Assembly: GCF_964204645.1 (NCBI RefSeq) | Contig: NC_134031.1 | Span: 10,168,001-10,232,000 of the forward strand | Length of the DNA: 64,000 bases | Source: Tubulanus polymorphus | Taxonomy: Eukaryota; Animalia; Nemertea | Direction of reading: 5' to 3' | Shown here: one piece after another, positions 25,330 to 35,797 of the stretch | Layout of the letters: every line of letters starts with the position of its first letter | How positions within the stretch are numbered: position 1 is the stretch's first letter | Translations under genes and position numbers: made by a program | Notes under the pieces: model-generated | The model's database searches: none | The model's input: only the letters and a program-made list of their open reading frames with translations | Told to the model about the DNA's origin: nothing

Positions 25330-26577
25330 ATGAGTGGGAGTTATATAAGTCCTTCGAAGAATCATAGAATATCTAATGCTATTAAAGCAGAAAGATCACA
25401 TCATATAATTACTCATAACCCTTCAAATATTAATCCCGATGAAACTTTATATGTTAGAATTCCTAGATTAACACAAAATACTTTTTATGTTCCAAATAGT
25501 ATTTATTTATCAGCTGATATAAAAGTAATCGGTAATAATAATAATTATGTTGTTGATAATGTTGGAAGATATTTGATTAAAAAATTAACAATAAAGATTG
25601 GTCCGGAAACAGTTTTCTCATTAGATGATTATAATTTATTTTCACATTATAAAGATTTATGGTTAACTAAAGAAAATAGAAATAATATGATATTTCAAGG
25701 AATTCAATCAGAAAACCAAAATAAATTAAGATCTGAAGCCAATAACGCAGTAGTAAATAATGGCGTAGATAATTTGATTAAAAAGATTTATGGAAGCAAA
25801 TATAAAATTCCATTAGACTTTGAATTGATAAATAATAATGCACCTTTATATAAATACGCAATTCAAGAAGATATTATATTTGAGATAACATTTGCTCCTG
25901 TAAATGAAATTGTATTATCTAGCGTTGTTAAAGATATGGGTTATAAATTATCGAATATATGTTTAGAATATAACACAGTAACTAATGAAAATATTGCTAG
26001 CACAATTCAAACTCAATACAATCAAGGATTTTCATTATTATATGATTATATTGATAAATTTAAAACTGTAACTATTAATGCAAATGATGAAATAATTAAT
26101 GAGAATATTAACTTTCCTAGAAGATCTATTAAAGGTATATTAATATTTTTTACTATTGCAACATATTCTAATGGTGCAATAAATGTTGATAATTATTATA
26201 ATCCTGAAATAACAAAAGTAGAAATAACTATCGAAGGAATAGCGAATAAAATATTTTGTCAAGGAATGAGAATGATTGATCAATGGCCAGAAATTAGAAA
26301 ACATTTTATGAATGAAAAAGTAAAATCATTTGAAAATTGTAATATTAATCAAATTGATTATTATACCGGTAATAAATATGCATTATGGTTAGATTTTAGA
26401 ACAACAGAAGATAATTCATTACATGGTTCTGGAAAAAAACTACAGAACACTAAAGATGGAATACAATTATTCATGACAAAGAATAAAGGAATCAATAATT
26501 TTAAAATGCACATTTATATTATATCTGACGCGCAATTAAATAATGTAAATTCACAATTAGATAGTATTCAATATTAG
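25330..26577 (+). CDS. Probable major capsid protein (double jelly-roll)
   Basis: 415 aa, beta-rich, near-identical in three copies; size and context fit a Polinton MCP. Confidence 0.75.
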   Translation: MSGSYISPSKNHRISNAIKAERSHHIITHNPSNINPDETLYVRIPRLTQNTFYVPNSIYLSADIKVIGNNNNYVVDNVGRYLIKKLTIKIGPETVFSLDDYNLFSHYKDLWLTKENRNNMIFQGIQSENQNKLRSEANNAVVNNGVDNLIKKIYGSKYKIPLDFELINNNAPLYKYAIQEDIIFEITFAPVNEIVLSSVVKDMGYKLSNICLEYNTVTNENIASTIQTQYNQGFSLLYDYIDKFKTVTINANDEIINENINFPRRSIKGILIFFTIATYSNGAINVDNYYNPEITKVEITIEGIANKIFCQGMRMIDQWPEIRKHFMNEKVKSFENCNINQIDYYTGNKYALWLDFRTTEDNSLHGSGKKLQNTKDGIQLFMTKNKGINNFKMHIYIISDAQLNNVNSQLDSIQY

Positions 26578-26607
26578 AAATATAAAGTTAAAATTAAGGA
26601 TATATAA

Positions 26608-27736
26608 ATGAGTGGTAAAAAAACTCCTAATACTAAAGAACAATATTTAAGAAATTTATATTACAACCCTGAGAGTTCGGTTGCTTATTCTTCTACTAAA
26701 AATATATGGCGTAAAGTAAAACAAGATAAATTAGATAAGATAATCCCACAAAATTTAGTTAAATATAAAGATATAAATGAATTTATGTTAGAACAACCAA
26801 CATATACAACACATAAAAAAATTGTTAGAAAATATAAAACTCGTAAAACTATGGTAAGTTATGTAGATCAACAGTGGCAAGGAGATTTAATTGATATGAA
26901 AAATGTTAAGAAAGATAATGATGATTATTGGTGGTTATTGAATATAATTGATATTTTTAGTCGTTATGTATGGAGTTTCCCACTTTATAGAAAAGATGCT
27001 GTACAAACATCAAATGTTTTAGAAAAAATTTCTTTCGGATGATAAACTAAATCCAGAAAAAATACAATTTGATGATGGAAAAGAGTTTGATAATTCACTT
27101 GTTCATGAACTCTTAGATAATCATAATATTAAATATTTTTCAACAAAATCAGATAAAAAAGCAGCAGTTGTTGAACGATTTAATAGAACATTAAGAACAA
27201 GAATGTGGAAATATTTTACAGCAAATAATACTTTTAAATGGATTGATGTTTTACCAAAATTGATAGAAGGATATAATAATTCTTATCATTCTTCTATTGG
27301 AATGAAACCTATTGATGCTAGAAAATCTGAAAATGCTGAAATTGTTTGGAATAATTTATATGGAGCATTTCTTGTAGATGATTTTGGTGAACCTAAATTT
27401 AAAGTTGGCCAAAATGTTAGAATATCTAAGTATAAAAAGATATTTGACAAAGGATACGATCGAAATTTTACTAGGGAAATATATAAAATAAAAAAGGTAA
27501 TAACAACAAAACCATATGTCTATAAATTAGAAGATTTAGATGGTGAAGAAGTTGATGGCTACTTTTACGGAGAAGAATTAAGTTTAACTACTGAAAATCT
27601 AGAACAAGAATATAAAATTGAAAAAGTATTAAAAACAAAAACTATTAAAAGAAAAAAATATTCTTTAGTAAAATGGGTTGGATGGCCAGATAAATTTAAT
27701 GAATGGATATTATCAAGTAAAATTAAAAATATATAA
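26608..27736 (+). pseudogene. Retroviral-like (rve) integrase with C-terminal chromodomain; frameshift at ~27030
   Basis: WQGDLIDM, IDIFSRY, QFDDGKEF, VERFNRTL; chromodomain YKIEKVL..LVKWVGWPDKFNEWI. Confidence 0.92.
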
Positions 27737-28345
27737 ATGAATAAGGAATTATTCATATTTGAGCCTCATAATATGTTAATTTCTGGTGTAACAAATTGTG
27801 GAAAAACTTATTTTATATTAAATTTATTAGAAACTGTTTATGAAAACTATTTTGATAATATAGTATTATTTTGTCCAACATATGAATTTAATCAAACTTA
27901 TGATAGAAATATTACTAGGAATAATAAATTTATTATATTAGATCCTAAAACAGTAAAAGAAAATTTAGATAATTGTATTAAAATAGCAATTGATATTTAT
28001 AAAGGATCAAATACATTATTCATTATAGATGATTGTGCTAATCTACATGATTCAAAAGTTAGAGAAAGTGAGTTATGCTATTTAGCTTTCTCTGGGAGAC
28101 ATTTTGGGATAACAACTTGGGTTTTAAATCAAAAATATAATTCAATTGTTAAAGACTTTAGAGAAAACATTAGATTTCTAGTTTTATTCTACAATAAAGA
28201 TAGAAAATCAATGAAAAATGCACTTGAGGAAAATGATATTATTCCACATGATTTACATAATGAATATATGGATAAGTTGAAAAATATTAAAAGATCAAAA
28301 TTACTATTTAGATTACAACACCCATTTAAATATGAATTTATTTAA
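27737..28345 (+). CDS. A32/FtsK-like DNA packaging ATPase
   Basis: Walker A GVTNCGKT, Walker B LFIIDD, GRHFGITTWVLNQ. Confidence 0.92.
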   Translation: MNKELFIFEPHNMLISGVTNCGKTYFILNLLETVYENYFDNIVLFCPTYEFNQTYDRNITRNNKFIILDPKTVKENLDNCIKIAIDIYKGSNTLFIIDDCANLHDSKVRESELCYLAFSGRHFGITTWVLNQKYNSIVKDFRENIRFLVLFYNKDRKSMKNALEENDIIPHDLHNEYMDKLKNIKRSKLLFRLQHPFKYEFI

Positions 28346-28351
28346 ATTCAA

Positions 28352-28608
28352 TTAGTTTGTTAATCTAGTTGAATTCTAGTTGAATTCTAGTTATTAGTAG
28401 TTGTAACAAAAATCAAATAGATTTAACAATATTTTAACTAGCTTGTTAATCTAGTTTAATTCTAGTTACATTCTAGTTGAATTCTAGTTGTTAGTAGTTG
28501 GAACAAAAATCAACTACATTTAACAAGAAATAAACAAAAACAACAATATTTCAACTAGCTTGTTAATCTAGTTGAATTCTAGTTACATTCTAGTTGAATT
28601 CTAGTTGC
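28352..28608. repeat. Intergenic CTAGTTGAATT repeat blocks (three clusters)
   Basis: TTGTTAATCTAGTT(G/T)AATTCTAGTT... at ~28357, ~28443 and ~28560. Confidence 0.8.
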
Positions 28609-28638
28609 AACAACACAACTAATTTATTTGTTTTATAA

Positions 28639-29244
28639 ATGGGAGGTGAAAAGAAAATAAAATCTAAAAATGGTGATGTTCCAATTGAAAAAACTTTAGA
28701 TGATTTAGGAATAACAGAAACAAAATTAACTCCAGATGATGGTGCTTTAAATAATGTTACAACAAATAATAATTATGAATATTATCTTTATTGTAAACAT
28801 CAATTAGAAATATTAATAGCATCTGGAAAATGTAAAAATTTTGTCGGTAAAAATTTAACTTATAATGAATTAGATACAATGAAATCAGATGAAATTATTA
28901 GATTATTTAAGATTTATGAAGCCGCGAGAACAGCTAAAATTAATGACGCGATATCAGAAAATGTAGTAAAAGGTTATAGTAAATTATGTAATTATATACT
29001 ACCAATTGAAGATGAAAATAGATTATATTCCGATTTAAAAAATGATTATTTAGTTATGACTGAATTAAATAAATGGATTGGATATTTATCATTTCAATTA
29101 GGAGGATTTATGACATTATTATCAACCGGGGTTATAACATTTTCAAATATTGAAAGTAAAAATATTTCTATAATAAATGAGCGAAGTGAAAGAAGTGAAG
29201 GAATTAACTGTGAAGAAAAAACCGAGAACTCAGAAACAAATTGA
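28639..29244 (+). CDS. Conserved Polinton ORF (homolog of MSKKSSK family)
   Basis: Shares IEKTLDDLGI, YEYYLYCKH and DLKNDYLVMTEL with 37885-38487. Confidence 0.8.
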   Translation: MGGEKKIKSKNGDVPIEKTLDDLGITETKLTPDDGALNNVTTNNNYEYYLYCKHQLEILIASGKCKNFVGKNLTYNELDTMKSDEIIRLFKIYEAARTAKINDAISENVVKGYSKLCNYILPIEDENRLYSDLKNDYLVMTELNKWIGYLSFQLGGFMTLLSTGVITFSNIESKNISIINERSERSEGINCEEKTENSETN

Positions 29245-29546
29245 ATGGTCTCGACAATTAGGAATTAAATCACAAGAATATAAAAAAGCTGTAAAAGAAA
29301 AAATAAGTAATAAAAATGTTAATAAAAATGGTGAAAATATTGTTATTTCTACTCCTTCTGATAAGTAGAATATTTGATAAATATCTATATTTTACAGTTG
29401 GATTTGTAATTGTATTCATTTTGATTGGGTGTAATTGGTATAAGAAATCAAATAAAATTCATGATATTAGTAATTCTGAACCAACTGCTATCAAAAATGA
29501 AAGTACTTCTGAAATTCAAAAATTGATAATAAAAAAAATGGATTAA
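29177..29546 (+). pseudogene. Single-TM protein (MSDDIE family homolog), disrupted
   Basis: KKPRTQKQIEWSRQLG matches 59162-59530; split into two ORFs. Confidence 0.65.
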
Positions 29547-29684
29547 TATTTTAGAAAAAAAGCAAAAAAAATAATTGAATATCTCACTACTTTTGTCTAT
29601 CTATGTGGAGCAATTAAATTGTCCAGATAAGTCATTTCGGATTCTAGATATTCATTATTTTTATTAATTTATTTTTTTTTAAAT

Positions 29685-30011
29685 TTAATCAACAATTTCT
29701 AAATCATGATGACCGTCTTCATTTTTCCCATGATATATTATTTTAAATCCTACTAAATCTTTCAATTCCTCCGTACTCAATGAAACCCATTTATCGGGTA
29801 AAAACACTTTAAATTCTCGCGATGTACTAACATTACAGTAGCTTAAATTAGCTGATACTTTCTCTCCATATTTAGTTTTTATCTTTTCTAATTTCAATAT
29901 TTTATGTTCAATTTCTTTTGTAACATCAACTAACTTTTTTATTTCAAATTGTTTTTTTGCTGGTTTTATTCTGTTATTTATTGTTGCTAAGAATGCTTTT
30001 CTATCTCCCAT
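29685..30011 (-). CDS. Small viral protein, possibly OB-fold ssDNA-binding
   Basis: Homologous to 49220-49573 (KYG, LPD, GKNE.GHH). The fold is a guess. Confidence 0.6.
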   Translation of the reverse strand: MGDRKAFLATINNRIKPAKKQFEIKKLVDVTKEIEHKILKLEKIKTKYGEKVSANLSYCNVSTSREFKVFLPDKWVSLSTEELKDLVGFKIIYHGKNEDGHHDLEIVD

Positions 30012-30146
30012 TTATTAGGAAAAAAAATTACTTGTGGTGATGAGTGGGGATTACTTCCCCTTGTATATAACAAACACGCTATTAACCGTTCTCACCCAAG
30101 CCTCACAACATCTATTAGGAGCAGTAATTATAACTATCTAGATAAG

Positions 30147-30362
30147 TCATTTCGGTTCCTTGATATCAAATTCCTCAACGTATTGTTCATTATTTGGATC
30201 ATTGTTCCATAATTCAATAAATTTCTTTGCCTTTGTTAACTGTTCTAAATATAACTGTAAATCTAGTTTATTATATTTAATTTGATTTTCTTTCTTTTCT
30301 AAAGGCCGTAAATTTTTCCAACCCCACATAAGTTTTTTATTGTATTCATCATTCCTTTCCAT
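30147..30362 (-). CDS. 71-aa ORF derived from the C-terminus of the HNH gene
   Basis: TAAATG start; intact near-identical copy at 38798-39013. Confidence 0.55.
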   Translation of the reverse strand: MERNDEYNKKLMWGWKNLRPLEKKENQIKYNKLDLQLYLEQLTKAKKFIELWNNDPNNEQYVEEFDIKEPK

Positions 30363-30669
30363 TTATAAGGAAAAAAAATTACTTGTGGTAATGAGTGGGG
30401 ATTACTTCCCCCTATATAACAAGCGCGCTATTAACCGTTCTCACCCAAGCCTCACAGCATCTATTTATCCGGGTACAGTTGACACGCAATCACTGTACTA
30501 CAGTAATAGCACACGCGTTAATAACCGTTCTCAGTAGAGACTCACTGTATCGATCTATCCACGCGCAGCTGTTGTTACGCGCACTCACTGTATATGTGTA
30601 TCACAGAGCAATCGTCCGTTCTCACTAGAGCCTAGCCGTGATGAGTGGTGTCTCATACTCAATTGAATT

Positions 30670-30739
30670 ATTACTTGTGGTGATGAGTGGTGTCTCGTCC
30701 TCTCGTCCTCTGGTATGAAACCCCACTTTTCTAATTACT
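30670..30739 (-). repeat. Right TIR of element I
   Basis: Reverse complement of 13845-13914. Confidence 0.95.
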
Positions 30740-30745
30740 ACCATT

Positions 30746-31141
30746 ACTTTTCAAGAACTAGACTCTATGAAACCCGATAAAGTAATAAAATATTTTAAGA
30801 TTTATGAAGAAGCTAGATTGGCTCGAATAAATGATTCTATTTCAGATAGTATTATAAAATGTTATTCAAAATTATGTAACCGGTTAATGACAATTAATGA
30901 TGAAAATAAATTATATAGTGATTTAAAAAATGATTACTTAGTTATGACTGAATTACAAAAATGTGTTGGTTATGCTTCATTTCAATTAGGATCGGTTATG
31001 ACATTAATTTCTACTGGCGTCATAACATTTTCGAACATCAAACCTATGGAATATAAATCAGGTAAGAACGAAACAGATGTACTACAACCAAACCGTGAAA
31101 CAGAAAATGAATCAGAACAAAAATTAACTAAAATAAATTAG
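30746..31141 (+). pseudogene. 3' part of the interrupted MSKKSSK-family ORF of element A
   Basis: In-frame continuation of 13641-13844. Confidence 0.9.
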
Positions 31142-31510
31142 TGATAGCGTTAAGAAAAAGGCTAGATCCGAGAAACAAATTAAATGGGCAAGAGAATTAG
31201 GTAAAAGATCTTCAGAATTAAAAAAGCTAAGAAAAAGAAATTAACTGATATAAATGAATCACAGACTTTATCTGATAATGATTCAAATGATAATCCATCT
31301 GATTCTTCTAATGCTGGAAGTAATTATAAATTATATATTACAATTGGATTAGTAACAGTTATTATATTATCCGGTGTAATATATAAATCAAAATTCAAAT
31401 CTGATGATAAAGATGATTCCAATGATAATAAACCTATCATACCAGAAAATAAGTCAAATCATAAAACCATTGAAACTAAATCTAAATTATTATTAATGGA
31501 TTAAAATAAG

Positions 31511-32641
31511 ATGAAAAAAGAACAATATTTAAGAGATTTATATTATAACCCAGAAAGTGAAGTATCATATTCTAACGTTTCAGAATTATGGAATAAAATT
31601 AAATCTGATAATGAAAATGGTAATGTTGCCGTATGACACCCACACGGTGATATAAAATATAGTGAATTGAAATCATGGTTACAAAATCAACCAACATATC
31701 AAATCCACAAGAAAATGGATAAAACTTATTTAACAAGAAAAGTTATGGTTTCATATATCGATCAACAATGACAAGCAGATTTAATTGACATGAAGAACTT
31801 AGAAGAATACAACAAAGGATATTTCTGGATATTAAATGTTATAGACATATTCAGTAGATACGCATGGTCAATTCCAATCAATAATAAAACTGGAATAGAA
31901 GTTACAAATGCTTTTAAATCTATATTTAAAGAAGCTATTCCAGATAAGATACAATTTGATGAAGGTAAAGAATTTTATAACAAACATTTTAAAAAACTAT
32001 TATCTGATAACGATGTAGATTATTTTTCAACACATTCAGATAAAAAAGCATCTATTATAGAAAGATTTAATAAAACATTGAAAACTAGAATGTGGAAATA
32101 TTTTACTGCTAATGAAACATATAAATATATCGATGAGTCTATAAATATATTAGATGATTTAGTGAAAGGTTATAATAATTCTAAACATTCAAGTATTGGT
32201 ATGAAACCTATACAAGCTAGAAAAGAAGATAATTCAGAAATAGTTTGGAATAATTTATATGGCGCATTTGTTACACATGATTTCGGTGAACCTAGATTCA
32301 AAATTGGACAACACGTAAGAATATCTAAATATAGAAAAACATTTTATAAAGGTTATACCCCTAATTTTACAGAAGAAATATTTAAAATTAAAAAGATAAT
32401 ATTAACTAAACCTTTTGTTTATAAACTAGAAGATCTAAAAGATGAAGAAATATTAAGTTATTTCTATGAACAAGAATTATCACATGTACCAAATCCAGAT
32501 GAAATAGAATACAAAATATAAAAAGTATTGAAAACAAAAACTCTTAAAGGAAAAAAGTATTCTTTGGTGAAATATAAAGGATACGATGATACATTTAATG
32601 AATGGATTTTATCTAGTAAAATTAAAAGAATAAATGAATAA
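31511..32641 (+). pseudogene. Chromodomain integrase of element A, multiple stops
   Basis: DDE motifs; stops near 31636, 31769 and 32519. Confidence 0.9.
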
Positions 32642-33244
32642 AGATTTATTTATATTTGAACCGCATAATATGTTAGTTACTGGTGTAACCAATTGTGGTA
32701 AAACACATTTCATATTAGATTTGTTAGAAACTATTTATAAGAATCATTTTGATAATATAATATTATTTTGTCCTACTTATGAAATGAACAAAACATATAT
32801 TAGAGATATAGTTAAGATAAAAAAGTTCATTATATTAGATCCTAAAACAGTAAAAGAAAATTTAGATAATTGTATAAAAATAGCAATTGATACTTATAAA
32901 GGATCAAATAGATTATTTATTATAGATGATTGCGCAAATTTACATGATTCAAAAGTGAGAGAAAGTGAGTTATGTTACTTAGCTTTCTCTGGGAGACATT
33001 TTGGGATAACAACATGGGTTTAAATCAAAAATATAATTCAATTGTTAAAGACTTTAGGGAGAATATAAGATTTCTAGTTTTATTTTATAACAAAGATAAA
33101 AAATCTATGCAACAATCATTGGAAGAAAATCAAATTATACCTACTGAATTACATGATGAATATATGAATAAATTAAAGAATAATAAAGGTTCAAAATTAT
33201 TACTGAGACTACAATTTCCCTATGAATATAAGTTTATAAAATAA
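32634..33244 (+). pseudogene. Packaging ATPase of element A, frameshifted
   Basis: Walker A/B motifs; split at ~33020. Confidence 0.9.
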
Positions 33245-33359
33245 CTATTTATATATCTATATATCTATTCTATAAGAGCTTACACTTTTATATTGAATAA
33301 TCTGTCAATTTAAATGTTATTCATTTATATTTTATTCATGTATATGTGAATATTTTAAG

Positions 33360-33514
33360 AGTAATAGGGGTAATAGGCTTTCAGGTTAAAGGTTGAAGGG
33401 GCGAGTGAGTAAAAAATGAAAATAACAATAATTTACAGTTGAATTAGGAGTGTGCGCGACTAATTCAACTGTAAATTATTTTTATTTTCATTTTTTACGA
33501 GCATATCCATTACT
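33360..33514. repeat. Terminal hairpin of element A, outer arm partly deleted
   Basis: 39-bp stem 33409-33447/33460-33498, loop GAGTGTGCGCGA. Confidence 0.85.
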
Positions 33515-33618
33515 GAGACTGGACTAATTGTTTATATATATATATATTTCAGCCTATTTTCGCAGCTTCCCGTAGTAGAAGAAACAGGGCTAGACGCAAT
33601 TGTTCTGGTAAGCCAGAG

Positions 33619-33896
33619 ATGTTCAAAAAAGACGGTTTGCATTTAAACAACAAAGGCATACACCGACTTTCTAAATTCATTACAAACTTCATCCGACGTA
33701 CATTTTCTGAAGCCGATCTAGATGAGAGAACCATAGTACTTGCTGAAAAAGTCATAAACGATGTAAGGAAAGTCGTGTGCGAGCCATCCGAAGCATTCTC
33801 ACCCGAAGAACGCGATGAAACTGAAACATTCTCTACCGAAGAACGCGATGAAACTGAAACATTCTCTACCGAAGAGAGCGATGAAACTGAAACATT
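33619..33896 (+). pseudogene. Fragment with SGNH-hydrolase C-terminal motif and a 30-bp tandem repeat
   Basis: DGLHLNNKG matches the DxxH block of SGNH esterases; (ETFSTEERDET)-like repeats follow. Confidence 0.45.
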
Positions 33897-34006
33897 AGTA
33901 ATTAGAAGATGGCGTTTTCATACCAGAGGTCGAGAGGTCGAGACATCACTCATCACAGCAAGGCTCTAGTGAGAACGGACGATTGCTCCGTGACACACAT
34001 ATACAG

Positions 34007-34507
34007 AATGCAAATGATGAAATTATTAATGAGAATATTAACTTCCCAAGAAGATCTATTAAAGGTATATTAATATTTTTTACCATTGCAACATATACTA
34101 ATGGCGCAATAAATGTTAATAATTATTATAATCCTGAAATAACAAAAGTAGAAATAACTATCGAAGGAATAGCAAATAAAATATTTTGTCAAGGAATGAG
34201 AATGATAGATCAATGGCCAGAAATTAGAAAACATTTTATGAATGAAAAATTAAAATCATCTGAAAATTGTAATATTAATCAAATTGATTATTATACCGGT
34301 AATAAATATGCATTATGGTTAGATTTTAGAACAACAGAGGATAATTCATTACATGGTTCTGGAAAAAAATTACAAAACACTAAAGATGGAATACAATTAT
34401 TCATGACAAAGAATAAAGGAATCAAAAATTTTAAAATGCACATTTATATTATATCTGACGCGCAATTAAATATTGTAAATTCTCAATTAAATAGTGTTAT
34501 GTATTAG
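34007..34507 (+). pseudogene. 3' fragment of major capsid protein
   Basis: Near-identical to the C-terminal part of 25330-26577. Confidence 0.85.
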
Positions 34508-34539
34508 AGTTTTAACTTAAATAAAAATTTATATAATAA

Positions 34540-35385
34540 ATGGAAAGATGTAAAGTATATAAACATATTCCATACATCGATACACATGAAAATAATGATG
34601 GTTTATATTATGTAATACCTTGAAATATAGCTTTGATATTTGATCCTATTTTCAAAATTTATAAAACTAAACTAATAGAAATCGATAATAATAAAGGTGA
34701 AGTTGTTGATAATTTAAGTAATGTAATACCTTCTACATCTAATAATGTAATACCTTCTACATCTAATAATGTAATACCTACTACATCTAATAATGTAATA
34801 CCTACTACATCTAATAATGTAATACCTTCTACATCTAATAATGCAATACCTTCTACATCTAATAATGCAATACCTTCTACATCTAATAATGCAATACCTT
34901 CTACATCAAATAATGAAATAATATTAAATATTAGTGAAAATAGAAATTATTGTGATTATTGTAAAGGTGAATTTTCAAACGCTCCATCAAATTGGAATAA
35001 ACATATGAATACAAAGGTACATATTACTATGGTTATAGATTGTGTAGGTTTAAGTGAATTTATAGAACACCCATTTATATATGTTACAAAATTTGTTTCA
35101 AATAAAAAAGTAAATGGTAAAGAATTATATGAAGATTAATTATTAGCAACGCCTAATAAAGATGAATTAGATTTAACCGATGCTAATAAAATATTAGGAT
35201 CAAACACTGTAAATGAACTATTAGGAACAAACACTAATAAAGATGATAATGAAAATATAGTTACAGATAAGCATATTGATAATAAAGATTCTATGAAACA
35301 TAAAGTACAAAATAATGATAAATTTGATTGGATGAATAAGCATAACAATGAAACAACTATTGATAATGCGGTAAAAAAAGGGTGA
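34540..35385 (+). pseudogene. Zn-finger protein with NNVIPSTS repeats (8 units), with stops
   Basis: Homolog of 56263-57111; 24-bp repeat at 34717-34908. Confidence 0.75.
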
Positions 35386-35676
35386 ATAATAATAATAATA
35401 ATATTAGTTGAAAATTGTATAAAATAATAGTAAATAAAAAAGGGGGTTTTAGGTATTTAAGGTATCTAATACATATCTAATACAATCTAATACAATCTAA
35501 TACATAAAATATCTTATTTTATAAACTTATATTCATATGGAAATTGAAACCTTAGTAATAATAAATAACCTTTATTATTTTCAAACTTATTCATATATTA
35601 GTTGAAAAAATAAAAATAAATTGGTTGAAAATTGTATAAATAGTATTTATTTAAAAAAGGGGTTTTAAGTATTTAA

Positions 35677-35782
35677 GGTATCTAATGGGGTATCAGGTAT
35701 TAGGGTATCTAATAGGGTATCAGGTATTAGGGTATCTAATAGGGTATCAGGTATTAGGGTATCTAATAGGGTATCTAATACA
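35677..35782. repeat. GGGTATCAGGTATTA/GGGTATCTAATA intergenic tandem repeat
   Basis: Also at 57388-57480 and partly at 11660-11690. Confidence 0.85.
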
Positions 35783-35797
35783 TAGGTATATAAATAG

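Larger units (their letters stand above)
13845..30739 (+). mobile_element. Polinton/Maverick element I, complete boundaries, 16,895 bp
   Basis: 5'-AGT...ACT-3' ends, 70-bp TIRs, 6-bp TSD ACCATT (13839-13844 and 30740-30745). Carries pPolB, integrase, ATPase and capsid genes. Confidence 0.97.
11660..33514. mobile_element. Polinton/Maverick element A: partial right-hand portion with internal inversion; hosts nested element I
   Basis: HNH gene, MSKKSSK gene, integrase, ATPase and hairpin terminus are homologous to 35700-41681. No polymerase or capsid genes of its own. Confidence 0.8.

Noticed and set aside
24838-25365. Antisense ORFs over capsid-module genes (also 54499-54939)
   Set aside because: Shadows of conserved sense genes; they lack the TAAATG start used by real genes.
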